From positions 8,866,001-8,930,000 of the forward strand of contig OU015566.1 in the NCBI GenBank assembly GCA_907165135.1: a stretch of DNA of 64,000 nt, in the 5' to 3' direction. The DNA comes from Oikopleura dioica (taxonomy: Eukaryota > Animalia > Chordata). Position 1 is the stretch's first letter. Each line of letters starts with the position of its first letter. Positions 39,645 to 52,896 of the stretch are shown piece after piece. A model generated the notes under the pieces. The model was given only the letters and a program-made list of their open reading frames with translations, was not told the DNA's origin and searched no databases. The translations under genes and the position numbers were made by a program.

Positions 39645-40512
39645 CGCCAGCCCCGTTTTTTGGACTCAGTAAGAAAAGGTGCCAAGCCGACCCGGAGGGG
39701 AGGCCAGTCCCGTTTCTTGGATTCAGTTAGGTACGGGGCCAAGCCGACTCGAAGTCTTCGAGTCGAAGGGGAGGCGAGCTCAGTTTCTTGAATTCAGTAT
39801 GGTAAGGGGCCAAGCCGACCCAGAGGAGAAGTCAGCCCCGTTTCTTGGATTCAGTTAGGTACGGGGCCAAGCCGACTCGAAGTCTTCGAGTCGAAGGGGA
39901 GGCGAGCTCAGTTTCTTGAATTCAAACAGGTAAAGGGCCAAGCCGACCCGAAGGAGAAGTCAGCCCCGTTTCTTGGATTCAGTTAGGTAAGGGGCCAAGC
40001 CGACCCGGAGGGGAGGCCAGCCCCGTTTCTTGGATTAAGTTAGGTGAGGGGCCAAGCCGACCTAGAGGGGAGGCCAGCCCCGTTTCTTGGATTCAGTTAG
40101 GTAAGGGGCCAAGCCGACCCGAAGGGGAGGTCAGCCCCGTTTCTTGATTCAGTTAGGTAAGGAGCCAAGCCGACCCGAAGGGAGGCAAGCCCCGTTTCTT
40201 GGATTCAGTTAGGTAAGGAGCCAAGCCGACCCGAAGGGGAGGCAAGCCCCGTTTCTTGGATTAAGTTAGGTAAGGGGCCAAGCCGACCTGGAGGGAGGCC
40301 AGCCCCGTTTCTTGGATTCAGTTAGGTAAGGGGCCAAGCCGACCCGAAGGGGAGGCCAGCCCCGTTTCTTGGATTCAGTTAGGTAAGGGGGCCAAGTCGA
40401 CCCGGAGGGGAGGCCAGCCCCGTTTCTTGGATTCAGGTAGGTACGCGTCGGCTTGGTCCCTTACCTAACTAAATCAAAGAAACGGGGCTTGCCTTCCCTT
40501 CGGGTCGGCTTC
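39645..40512. repeat. ~57-bp GC-rich minisatellite, 14 direct copies plus one terminal inverted copy
   Basis: Unit CAGCCCCGTTTCTTGGATTCAGTTAGGTAAGGGGCCAAGCCGACCCGGAGGGGAGGC. Inverted unit at ~40447-40512. Confidence 0.95.
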
Positions 40513-40619
40513 GAATTCAAGAGTCATTTAGATAGAACTGAGTGAAAATGAGTCAGCATGAGCAAATGAGTGAAAAATGGCGATCTTCGGTTTTATTGGC
40601 CTGCCCCGAGTGAGACTTT

Positions 40620-41230
40620 TAATACTTTTAATACTTTTAGGATTTTTCAAAAAGACATTTTGTGCATCTTGAACCCTGTTAATGACTGTATGCAATTTCA
40701 GAAGTCATTGACTAAGCCTTTCTAATACAAACACAGACTTGCAGATAACAGGTATCAGTTGGAAGACTTCTGATACTTTGAGGATTATGCAAAAAGACGT
40801 TTTGAGCATCTTTAGCCCTTTTTGTGACTGTATGCAATTTGGGAAGTCATTGACTAAGCCTTCCTAATACAGACACTGACTTACAGATGATAGGTATCAG
40901 TTGGAGGACTTCTGATACTTTGACGATTTTCCAAAAAGACATTTTGGGCATCTTTAGCCCTGTTAATGACTGTATGCAATTTTCGGAGTCATCGACAATG
41001 CGTTTCTAATACAGACACTGACTAACAGATGATAGGTATCAGTTGGAGGACTTCTGATACTTTGACAATTTTCCAAAAAGACATTTTTGGCATCTTTAGC
41101 CCTGTATATGACTGTATGCGATTTTCGGAGTCATTGACTAAGCGTTTCTAATACAGACATTACCTTACAGATCATAGGTATCAGTAGCAGGACTTCTGAT
41201 GATGTTATCATAATTCAAAAAGACATTTCG
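40620..41230. repeat. 142-bp satellite-like tandem repeat (~4.3 copies)
   Basis: CTGATACTTTG recurs at ~40770, ~40912 and ~41054. Confidence 0.92.
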
Positions 41231-43333
41231 TGTAATTTGAACTACTAGAAACTACATTCACAGTGCTGAAGGTCATTCAAGACCTCTTAATCATACAGAT
41301 AGAGACCAACAGATCCTCTGATAATAGACTCTCATGAATATCACCGATGATATCCACACAATACTTAGTTAATAATTTCTTATCATTGTTCAAACATATA
41401 CATAAGAATTTGAACCCGTTTTGTCCATTTAAAAGACTTTTTTCTTCATTTTTAAGTTCTCGTAAATATTCAGTAGTTTTATTTAAAAATTATTAAAAAA
41501 AATTCCCCAACTCATATAAGCATTCTGAAAGAGCAAAGTTATTCCTAAGTCTTTAATCTAACTTATGAGCAAGAATTTGGGATTGAAACATCTTTTTTTA
41601 TTGATTTATGAATGAATGAATACCTGAGTTAACCAAATATAAGGGTAATTGGCACAAAACACCCTTCCATAAAAATGGTATATGAGTATTCAATCTCTCT
41701 TCTGTTCACAACCTGTATAATTTGAACCCTTCTCTATCGTATTCTGCCACCAGATATATCATTTGCCTTGAATATATAGTGAATTTAATTTTTTTAAGCA
41801 AGTATGTCAAATTCAAGTCCCAATTTTTGGAAAAAATGCCCTTGAGTGAGACCTGAACATCGGATCTCAGCAATTTTTGGTTTATAAGGGTTTTTGAGCA
41901 CCGCGAATCCACTGAAACTGGTTTCAAAAGAATCGGAGATCAAAAAATTTTTTTGGCCGACCCTACTCTAAACATGCATTTTTCACACGCAAAATATCAA
42001 AATCTCCTTGGCTCGCGCACAAAAATGAACATTTTTAAATGTCACCAACGGATGATTAGTACTACCCTTATTCATGCATAAACATATGAAACAATAAGAA
42101 AGAATAATGAACAAACAGAAAAGTAAATTCTCCAAAGGAATAATAACGCTAAAATTTTTGTCTGCTTCAATTAAATATCACTCTGATAATGATTGAAAAA
42201 GCTGCATTACTAGCTCAACATTATCCTTGCATAAAAAATTCTACAATCAAAGTTCCTAATTTAGAAAAAAATTGATGAAAACCTGGGTGAATCCAATTTA
42301 GCACGTCTTCACGTCAATTTATCTCTTTCTCCATATTTGGTTTTACATTCAAAACAAATAATTTTCTCTTCAGATCGTAAGCCATAAATATTTAAATACC
42401 GTCAACGTGGTAAAACCGCCGGAAAGTGTCAACGCGAGCAAGTGTTGAATTCCGCGAGAAAATAAAAAGTATTTAAAATGTTTCCGGCTTTTGATCGGGA
42501 AACAAAAAAATATGCAAAATTTGAATATTCTTGTTTAGAATTTTTGGCAAATTGTGAGTTTGTGTGCAGGATGATGGAGATCGTGCTCTCAACTGCCCAA
42601 AGTCAGGGCAGATTACTCACACTTTGAGCTGCTCCTCAGAAAAAATCCGTTTTGCATCTTCCCGAGTATTTTAGAGAGCGATAGAGTAAGAGAACAAGAA
42701 TTTCTGGGAATGAAATTTGAAATCCGACAGATGACTATTTATTCGAAAGAATAAATACGATAATTACTATAGATACGCAACTAGGCATACTGATAGAAAA
42801 TACTGACTAAAAATTGAATAAAATCATCCAAATTGAAAGAGGGTCATTTTAGGGGGCAAAAGAGCTAAAATACCGTTAAAGTATTTTGAGTTTGAAAGCT
42901 GTTGACACCTGTTTTCCTATGAAACAAATGATGAGCCAGTCCGTTTTGCTGAAGTCTTCTAAGTCCTGTGGCGAAAGATTTCCGATCCTCGGCTCTAACT
43001 GGTCATTTTCGGCTTCCAGTGTCGACAAATCATCGCTAGAAAGATTCTCGGCCCCGCGTTTGAACATGTTATCTCATAAAATTCCGTCGACTCCGCAGTT
43101 ATCTAAAAAGGAATCCAAAAGGCATCAAAAAGTGACACATTTTTGACAGCAGAAAAAGTCAACAGTTGAGTTATAGCAAGTTTTGTTTGTTTAATTTCTA
43201 AATCCGTTAAAGGGGCAGTGAACAAACGATTAATTCTATGTCATTTTTATGAACTAAAATAATAATAGGGGTTGGGCTTAATTCCAATTCAATATCTGTT
43301 TCTGTCAGTGTTTCGTTCTTTCTTCAGGGTTCT

Positions 43334-46300
43334 TTAGTTCATCTTGACTTCTGCTTGAACGAGGCGCATGTTGGTGTCGCCGGGCAGTCGATACGGCACC
43401 ATTCCGGCGAACATAATCAGCGCCTTCGCCAGGCTCTTGATCTCCGCCAACTGAGACAGGTGCGCACTCTGATCACCGAACTGCGGCTTAGACGCGATAA
43501 CAAATTATAATAAGCAAGCTTAGAATAAAGTTTTACTTAAAAGAGGACATTTAAAGGTTCTGTCTTTCATTTAATCTTAATCTATTTTAATTGAATAATA
43601 AAAAAAAACTTTTTATCGGTCTCTTTGCATCTCCCTGTATTCTTTTGTACTTGAGAAGCAAAATATTCATCGCCGAAAGAAGAATTTCCGAAAGCGATCG
43701 CCGAATTTCCTCTCCCTTGTCCGCGAGTCGCGAAACCTGAACACAGAATAAATAGAACATGAAATTTTGTGGCGTGTAATTCAAGAGCTACGCGAATATT
43801 TGCGAGACAGTAACAATGACAATTTAAACACATGTTAGCTCCACGCAAATTTATATTCAAAAGATCGCCCAATTGAAATGTGAAATAGAACGAACCTTGG
43901 ATTGGATTTGATCACGTGATTGATTCATTCCGTCGAGGGGGAGCAAGTCTAACTGACGGATTGTGTCTAGAGCAAAGTCAAGCTGCTTTCCGTGGTAGCT
44001 AGAATTTTCTGTGAACGACCCTTTATCATTTTTGAACAATCTTACGCGTCGAAGTAAGTCATAAGATCCAAAAGAAGATGGAACGTATCCGCAGATTGCC
44101 GCTGAATCTCCACATTTTGATTTCTGTATCGCTGGGCAATTTCTTGCGCTGAAAGTCATTTCTTGAAAAGCTTATAATGCGATAAAGGATTTACCCTGGA
44201 TTTTGAGTCTATTTCTGTCTGATTGAGGCTTATCGGCATCGGCCAGGACTTGCGATATCAGTTCAGACAGGAGATCAACCACTTTATCGTGGAAGCCACC
44301 CAGGTCGTAGAGGCCAACTGCGTCTTCGAAGAGCCCGCGTTCTTCACAGTCTCGGGCGACGCGTTCGATCAGTTTTTTCGTATCGGCGTGGAACTAAAAG
44401 TAGACGATCAGATAAGACTTTACTGCGCAACCCAATATTGACTTGTGCTACTCGCTGAGAAAGGGTGAGTTGCAGCCCTCTTTAGGACCGATCTCAAAAT
44501 ATAACAAGTCAAAATTAAAACATAACTTTATGTCGACGACAAAATGTAACAAAAACAAAGCTACTTTCGACATTGCGACTAGTGCATACTTTTCATGAAA
44601 AATATGATATTAAAATGAAACTAAATGATCTAGGTGAGCTGCTTGTCAACAACTTGAAAGATCTCGCTAATAAAATGAATATCAAATGTGTTATCTCTAA
44701 TGTCCAAGTAAAATCACCTTATCAATAGCACCAGATTTCTTCTGTCCCGTTTGCGGATCAATTCGTCCGAGCAGCGTACCAAACTCTCTCGATTCTCGGA
44801 CCAAGCCCGAAACGCAGGAAATGAAAAGACTGTCGCTCGCACCTAAAGCATTTCCTCTTACGCAAAATCAAAATTGATTGTATAGCGCACCTGGTAGACG
44901 GATATCGCGAAGGAAATAGAAGTATTGGAGGGCTTCCTGTGGATCGGTGGACTCGAACTTGCGGGTGAAGGTCATGACGAGTGTTGCAAGGTTGAGTCTT
45001 TAGATTGATTTTGATTTCATTGTTAAAAATGGAGGCATTTGATCGTGATTAAAATCATTCCTTCGAAGAGGGATGGGATCAGTCTCCGATCTGGTCAAAA
45101 GCTTCGCGTTGAAATTGTGTGGAATGACGAGTAGACCAGCTTCGTAGAGACAAAGTGCAACATGGACAGCATGGCATCGGAAAGATTCAGATCTTCAGAA
45201 AGTTTTCAAAGATGAGGGATAAAAAGTTGACTAGTACCTGGCAAGGAATTCAATTGCAGCCTCAAATTGGCCCGTCAAAACAAGGACGTTGAAGTATAAA
45301 AGTGGAGACTGATCAGCTTGGAAATGAGCCTCGCCGTATTCCTCGAGAATATCCCGCTGGAATTTTTCGATTGATTCGTATCCGTCTCCGGTCTGAAAGA
45401 AGAATTAAAAGTCTTCAAATTTGAGCTATGCTTTCTTCTATAGAAGAAAATACCTTTCCGACAACAACTTGTGAGAGCTTCATCCACAAGTAATCATCCG
45501 TCTTCTGAATCACATCCTCGTGAATATCCGTGTCGCACTTTCCGACAATGCAAAAGACTGCCCGCTTGAATGGATCGGTACACGCGCGCACTGAGCGTCG
45601 GAATTGGATCTTGATCTTCGATTCTTGGTTGGGTCCTAGAAGTCTGTCTGGTGATTCTACCCAATCGACGAGGCTTGGAAGAAATTCGCCGACGATCTGG
45701 GAGCTTTTTCGGGCGATCTCGACGGCAGTCTAATTATCAATCGTTAGAAATTCATGCGCGTCGATAAAAGTATTACCCTGGTTTGGCCGCATCGCAAGCA
45801 ATAATAAATCATAGCCCAGACATCTCCATCTTCTGTTGCTTGGTAGTTGTACTACACGAAAATCAACAATCAAAAGACATAAACGGAAGGAAAACTCACT
45901 TTTCTAACTTGCAGGAAACTTCTGATAAGCTGCTCGGTTCCCGGCATGGCGCCTCTGTTTGCATCTCTCAGATTGCTATTCACTGTCTCTTGAATAAAAT
46001 TGAAGTACTCGTTTTCCAAGTGCGCTCGAGACGCGTTGATGAGAGCCATTTGAATTTCAGTATCAGTTCGGAGCTGAGCTGGCGTTTTTCCAGATGGGAC
46101 TCGGATGTGCCCGACGAGCTCCCAAATCATGTTCCAAATTGCGACCAAAGATTGTGAGTTCATGCGCTCAACAGCAGATTGGCAGAATTTGATGAGCGAA
46201 TCTGGTTTGATACCCTTAATTTTTTATTGATGACCAGGTTAAACGAATAATTTTGATACCTGAACGACCATTTCATTGTATCGGTGAATCTGCTGTGCGT

Positions 46301-47079
46301 AGAGCATTTCATTATCATCCAACAACGATCTCTTTCCAGCAATGACCTTCGTATCATCTCGCAATTTCGACTTTTTCGAGGGCAAAATTGAAATGTTAAG
46401 ACTGTCATCTGAGCCGAGCAATGCATTGAGAATTCTTCCTTTTTCCGTGTCCCACTCTGCTAATCTCGTTTCCCAGTGGCGGTTGGTTACTTCTTCGAAA
46501 GTTTTTTGTTTTTGCTCTTCGATTACTAACGCCAAAAGTTAACAAAAATAGAAAAGAAAGGACAACTGAGGAAAATCGCGACAGTTGCTGGCGTACAGTA
46601 CGCGATAAGCCTGTATATTGCGGTGGGGCGCTGATACTTGTGTTAGGATCAAAGACTTTGAATCGCATAATTACAATTCGGTTGGGTATCTACCTGATAA
46701 GATCGCGTTTTCGTGCTCGTTCCTCAGGAACCCTTCAATATCTGTATGGACAACAGGGTTTAATGGCTCCAAATTTCGCGTTGTGGCAAGGTTTTTCAAT
46801 CGATCTGGAACGTCGGCGATTTCCAGGCCTTTTTGACCGAGAAAGAGGGCAGCTTTGACTTGTTGAGCGTCTGTTCCGTGGGCAGCAGTTTTCGACCAAA
46901 GGCGTTTTCCAGCGTCGAGAATCTAAGAGAAACATAAGTCAATGAACTACCGGTATGAACTGAAGATTTACCTGTCCGAGATTCCGCCGGACTCGAGGTA
47001 AATCTGTTCCGTCATTTAAATTGGCAGTTAGCTCCTCTGATTTCTGTAAAAGTGCGTCAAGTCCATTATCAAACTCCAT
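43334..47079 (-). CDS. NUP93: Nucleoporin Nup93/Nic96 (many exons)
   Basis: N-terminus [15 protein letters not shown]...LPRVRRNL; [17 protein letters not shown]; [15 protein letters not shown]; C-terminus [14 protein letters not shown]...VKMN*. Confidence 0.95.
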
Positions 47080-47243
47080 ATGCGAAATCTAAATTCGAGA
47101 AAATGAAGTTTGAATTTGAGTTTTGGACTGATGATTGAAGAAAATAGTGTCTGAAGAAATGAAGGTAAAATACAGGAGATGATTCGAACGAGGAACAAGA
47201 AGGAACTCTGGCTTTGAAAATATAAAAGATGCAGGATGAAATT

Positions 47244-47493
47244 TTAGGATCTGGCGTAGGCTTGGATCTTCAAGATGATCTCGAATATTGCAGAGCCGCA
47301 GACCTAAATGGGATGCGGGATTACCCAAGAAGTAAGTAGAGTGGCTTACGACAAAAATGAAGAGACCGAGCAGCCATGGACCAACAGGATACTTTTCGGG
47401 CTTTGGATTTCTGGTTTTCTGGACATGGCCCTTTTTCGTTATGTTTTGTGAAAAAACATTGTTGGCTGTTCGTCGCTTTTGCGCACGAGCCAT
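47244..47493 (-). CDS. SERP1: Stress-associated ER protein (RAMP4), 2 exons
   Basis: MARAQKRRTANNVFSQNITKKGHV...KYPVGPWLLGLFIFV|VCGSAIFEII. Confidence 0.93.
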
Positions 47494-48081
47494 TTAAAAT
47501 CAGTCTAAAAATAACGAACTGCAAAAAATTGAAGAGTGAAATGTTTTAATCAAATTTAGCCTCCGCCAATTGGGGGAATTACTGCCAATTCATCAGACGG
47601 TGAAATTTCAATGTCCCCTTCGTCGGCTACGTATTCATGATTTTGTGCAAGTTGCGATGATTTGAGAACGGATTCAAGCTCTGGTATCTTTGAAGCCAGC
47701 GACGAGAAAATTTTGCCCCTGGATGATTTTGAAGAAATCTGTTTTAGAGCTTCAAAATTGAATGAAACTAACTACCCTGCTTATTTTTAAAACCCAAAGC
47801 TCGATTTCTATAAAGTCCGCTTCTGCTACTTCCCTTGCCTCGGCGAAGAGCAAAACTTTCATACAATACTTTGACATACTGTACTTTCACAAGTGAGACA
47901 AACACAACAACAATCTTTTGGTATAAAATAGTTTTAGTTTACTTCAGAATTTTTGTACAAAACTAAACATTTAAATAGAAGCTGAATAACAAAATTAAAA
48001 GATTTGGTAGAAAAATAAAAATCATGTACAGTGTTTAAAACGTAGTGTGTCAGATACAGTTAGGATTCGGGCAAGAAAGGA

Positions 48082-51000
48082 TCAATTGTGGCTCGCAAAC
48101 GAGTCGCCGAAGGGTCCGGGCGTGTGAGGTTGGTAGTGAACTTTCAGGTCTGAAAGGTTAGCTGGTTAGCTTTAGAATACAGAGAAGGACCTTACCTTGA
48201 TAATGAGCTTTGGAAGCAAGTTTGCGTCTCATTTCTTGCAGCATCGCCTGCTGCTTGACGCTATGTTTTCGCAATCTATCCTCTTCTGCCACTGCCATCT
48301 CCTTCTCTTTGATGTGCCGCGCCATTTCGCCCATGAGGCGGCTATTCTCGCGCTGCAACGAATCGTACTCACACTGAACAGAGGAATGTTTGCTCAAATG
48401 CTTGAAAATGGGACTGACCTGGAGTTCATTTCGTCTGTCGTCACGGGATTTGCCAGCTTCTCGGATGGTGGCTACGTCGATTCTGGCTTGATGCTCGAGT
48501 CGTTGGCTTGCAGAGAGTTGAGTTTTGGTCGTTTCAAGCTCGGACTAAAAAATATGTTGAAAATGATCTTTTTAGATTGATCAAACCTGAAGTTTGCTAA
48601 TAACATCTCCTAGCCTCGAGACTTCCTCCTGGTAGCGAATCGTTTTACCATCAAACTCGGCCGCTTTCCTCGTTTGCTCGGACGCCAAGGCATCGTTTTG
48701 CTTTCGAAGCTTTTCTTGCTCGTGCTTTTGCCTCGTGTGATGAGTTTCTGTTTCTCTTCGAATTGCTCGCAGGGCTTCTTCAAGCTTTATTAAAAAATTA
48801 CTTTTTATTGTTTTTATTGATTTTCTGACCTGTTTTATTCTGCTTCTTTGCTCAGCTGCAGTACGCTTGTACTTGTCGACATCATTCTGAAGCGAGCGTT
48901 TTTGGTCTTCCAGTTCAGTGACGCTCGACTTCAAATTCCTCTTTTTACTCTTCAATGCGTCTTCTTCGATTGCCTTCGACTTCAGTTGCTCCTCAAGTTT
49001 TGCCTGGGTGGAGAGATGCGATGTGACTTGTTCCTCGAGAGATTTAATTGAGCTACGGTAAGTTTCCATTTGAGCTTCGGCAGCTTTACGAGTTTTGCAT
49101 GCAATTCCAAGCTCGCCGCGGAGGTTGCGGAGAAGAGAATCGGACTCTCTTCGCTGCCGTTGAAGATTTTCGCAGTTTGTAGTGAGATCTTCGACGAGTT
49201 TTGTGAGTTTTTCGATTTCAACTCTTGATTCATTCAGCCTGAAGATATTTTTTAAAACCGGAATCAGATAAGAAGCATCTTAGTCAGAGATGACCTCTAG
49301 CGTGGGGGTGCGCTTCAAAGATTATTATCTGGTCTCCAACAGAGAAACGGCTCCATGAGGACCTCCCGCGGATGTTAAACTTGATATAAATGACCACCAG
49401 CAAAAAATTACATAAAAATATAATGAAATGAGTCTAAATTCCTATATAAAAAAATCAAGGAAGAAAAAGTTATCTGTTTTTTAATTTAAAATGAGTCTAC
49501 AAAGATTCTCTCTATGTTCCCGCTACCTGATGAGGCTTTAATAATAATAATATTTATTATTCTTACCTTGTTCCCAGTCTTTCATTTTCTGTTGATGAAA
49601 CATGCAGTTCCTTCTCAATCAGATGCTGTTTTTCTGAGTCTCGTTCAGAGTTCTTGATCATCTGCGAGTTTTCAGCGCGCAGATTGGCGATCTCTCTCTG
49701 AAGTTGTTGAGCCATCTCTTCCGAGCTCAAACGGGCCGAGGTAATGTCCTTGATTCGTTGTTCCATCGCTTCTTGTCGAGTTTTTGAGCATTCTCGTTCG
49801 CGATCCACTTGGCTGTGGGCTTAAAGTAGTGTTTCACATTGAAGGAAAACAGATGGAACTGAGTTGATATTATTGAAATGAATAAAAAGATAACTGATAA
49901 AATAAATGATTACCATCTTCTGTCGCTCTATCTAAGAACATCAGTAAAACTGATGGACCAATAAAGTTACCTTGATGTACTTTGAATTCGAGCTCCTTGA
50001 GCTGCCTTTCAGCAGAACTGAATTTTCCCTCGTACAGATTCGTCAGTTGCTGAGCTTGATCCCTTTGACCGACCGCTGATTTGAGCTTGTTCCTCAGCTC
50101 GTTACATAGCAAGCTAACATCAGCAAGCTTCTTCACAGTCTCAGCATGCTTTACCTTCAAGGAATCGCCTTCTAATCTAAGCTGGTCCAGTTTAGAATTG
50201 AGATTGATGACCTCCGACTCTGGATGGGGCTTCATTCGCTCGTAGTCTTCGATTTCTCCCTTTGCGATGTTGATGACTTCTTCTTGCGTTTGAATTTTCA
50301 AAGCCATGTGTTGGATCTTTTCGGCGTTATTCGTCAGTTCCACTTTTTGAGCGTCAAGATCGAGATGAGCGCGACGAAGTTCAGCATTCTTTGCACTAAG
50401 CTCGGTTGTGAGCTCGTGAACAAGTTGTTCTTGCTTTGAAAGGGTTCCTGTAGCTGAACTTAGCCCAAATAGTCATTAAATTATTCATTGTTCTGGGAAA
50501 TGCAAGAAAACTAACACTTTTATTCATTTTGAATAAACAAGGTCACCCTATTGTCCTGAATGTCGCCCAATCTACAAGAGTAGGCATTTGTTAGTCAATA
50601 AATTATTCATTAAAGGAATATGACTTGACTATATAAAAAGTGATGGATGAGTTGATGCCAGAAAAAATGAAATCCCCAATCATTTTTGCTTTGGCGTTTT
50701 TACAAAACTTTGCGGTAGGAATAAAAACTTGGAGTGGATTAACCCCTTCTGAAAAAAGAACAATTCTTCACAAATACGCGATGAAATGTGAAGCGGGCAA
50801 GTTAGCTCTTTACATATTTTTTGCAACAAAACATATTTTAGACAGACTTATTGAATTAGAAAACGAAGGTGTAGAGATGACAGCAGATCTCTACGATCAT
50901 GTCATGCAGGAATGCGAAGAGTCACCGGTATTGAAAATTTTAACATGAAGAACCATCGTTGACGCTCGATACTACATCGTTAATACAACGATCATATAAT

Positions 51001-52825
51001 TTGCATTGTTAATTCAGATAAACTGTGCTTATAAGCGCGGTTTAATCGTCGTTTAATAAATATTCAAAACAAATGACTTCTTGCAAGCTATTATTTTATA
51101 CATTTACACTCGTCCTCGCTCGTGTGGATTTATCAGGAGTAGATATCGTCAACATACTTCACAGATACGCGATCAACTGTGAAAATGGTAATTTATTTTT
51201 TTTTTCTTCAGTACTCAAGAAATGAATTAAGTGCTGATCGGAGCAGTTGAACGGTTCCATGGAGAGCTCACTCCTAAAGTAATGAACCAAATTTTTATGA
51301 GATGTTACGCTGTTCCCGCTTTTGAGAATATGATCATATGAAAAAAGAATAAACTTAAGAACCTTTCCTTTGAGCTGTTTGAAAGCTGCTCTTCGCATTC
51401 GGCAGCCTTGGTATTCAAGGATGATCGAATTGCTTCAATTTCGACATCACGATCATGCAACTGTTGGTCGAGTATTAAAATTCTGTCTTCATAGTTTTTA
51501 GTTTCGGCAGTAACTTCTACTATTCGCTGCCTATAGTCGGATATTTCGACTTGAAGCTCTCCGATATGATCCTTTGCTGATTTTTCTGCGACTTTGTGCG
51601 TCGCAACTGAAGCTGTGAGACGACCGACTCTGTCCGAAAGCTCTTCTGTCTCTCGGGTTCTTCGATCGATCTTTTCCTGAAGGTCGCCAATGTGCTCCTT
51701 CAATTGCCGCATCTCGCCGTTCATCGTCACTTCTTGTTGACAGGTCTCGTCTTTCAGCCGCTGCCTTTCGAGTTGGCTCTTGTGGAGCGTCTCTCGGAGC
51801 TTCTGATTTTCAGACGTCAGCGCTGAGCGGCGTTTGTCAATCGCTTCAACTTCAGTTTGGGATTCTTTGAGCTTTCTTTTGACGTCCTGATTTTGTTTCT
51901 CGAGCTTTTTAGAATTTTCAACTTGGATGGTGATCTGGTCCCTCAGTCGACTAATCGTCGACGCGAGTTCTATGCTCAAGTCTTTCTCTCGTACCAATTT
52001 ATCGCCTTTTTCAGATAGCTCCTCTCGCAGCGGCCTGAGTTCTTTTTCCAATTCGCTTACTTTCGCGGAAAGGAGGAGCTTTTCTTGCTTGTCTACGTGA
52101 CTCTGCTCGATTCCAGTGTCCCGGCTGACTTTGAAGCTGATCAACTCCCGTTCCATGCCCGCTAGTTCGATGGATTTCTCGTTGAGTTCGTTTTCTAGCG
52201 CGATGAGTCTGTTTTGTAAGGAATGATTTTCAGACTTGGCGCGCTCCAGCGATTTTTCACAAGAATCAAGTCGACTGTTGAGCTTCTGGTTTTCTGCTTG
52301 TTCCAGTCGAAGATCTGACTGTACTCGGCTACACTTGCTTTCTGCCGTGTGATTTTTCTGATCAGCATCTCTCACTTCTCCACGGACGGCTTCAAGTTCG
52401 ATTCTGAGCTTCGCTAGATCGTCGTGTGCGATAGAAATGGCGCTTTCGAGCGTTTCTTTTCCATTGTCCGCATCGTCGAGCATTTCTCTCAATCGAACAG
52501 CTTGCTGTTGGAGATCTTCGTTTTCCACTTCGAGGTGAATCTTCTCTTGGCGGCAAGCGAAAAGCTGCTCTTCAAAACCTTTCGCCAAAGAGATCTCTTC
52601 AGTCAGCGATCGCTCCATATCAGCAGATGTTTCCACCTTGATTTCGGAATCTTTCAGAGCATTGATCAAGGCGTCGTTTTGCTCCAACAAATCGTGGACG
52701 TAATGTTGGTAGATTTCGCATTTTGCTCGATAGTTTTCTGGCGAAGTCGTCAAATCAAGCCGTTTCAAACGCTCTTCGTAGAGGGCTCGAAACTCTCGAA
52801 GCAGATTTTGCATCGATCTGCTCAT
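48082..52825 (-). CDS. Long coiled-coil protein (multi-exon, ~1000 aa), family not identified
   Basis: Heptad-rich E/K/Q/L ORFs at 51305-52825, 49870-50343, 49563-49808, 48581-49069 and 48158-48397, separated by introns. Confidence 0.75.
50667..50948 (+). CDS. Small secreted protein nested antisense in an intron of the coiled-coil gene
   Basis: TATATAAAA at ~50630, signal peptide MKSPIIFALAFLQNFAVG, probable 45-nt GC-AG intron 50797-50841, AATAAA at ~51055. Confidence 0.6.
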   Translation: MKSPIIFALAFLQNFAVGIKTWSGLTPSEKRTILHKYAMKCEAGKLALYIFFATKHILDRLIELENEGVEMTADLYDHVMQECEESPVLKILT

Positions 52826-52896
52826 TTTTCTAAACTAATTTCGGGTTAAAATTAACTGTAATAAGATCTTGTTTAATTTATATAATGCGAGAGCGA

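Larger units (their letters stand above)
38801..41965. mobile_element. Non-autonomous hAT-type element filled with tandem repeats
   Basis: TIR TAGGGTCGGCCAAAAAAA / TTTTTTTGGCCGACCCTA. Perfect 8-bp TSD CTCTAAAC at 38793-38800 and 41966-41973. No transposase ORF. Confidence 0.93.

Noticed and set aside
39645-40443. 57-bp array as a CRISPR array or tandem hammerhead ribozymes
   Set aside because: There are no unique spacers or cas genes, and the host is eukaryotic. The minus-strand CTGA...GAAA lacks the CUGANGA core and stem II.
37496-43067. Scattered minus-strand exon-like pieces (42909-43067, ~38225-38335, ~37496-37657 with PPPSY) as one membrane-protein gene spanning the hAT insertion
   Set aside because: I could not build a consistent spliced frame by eye; RNA-seq is needed.
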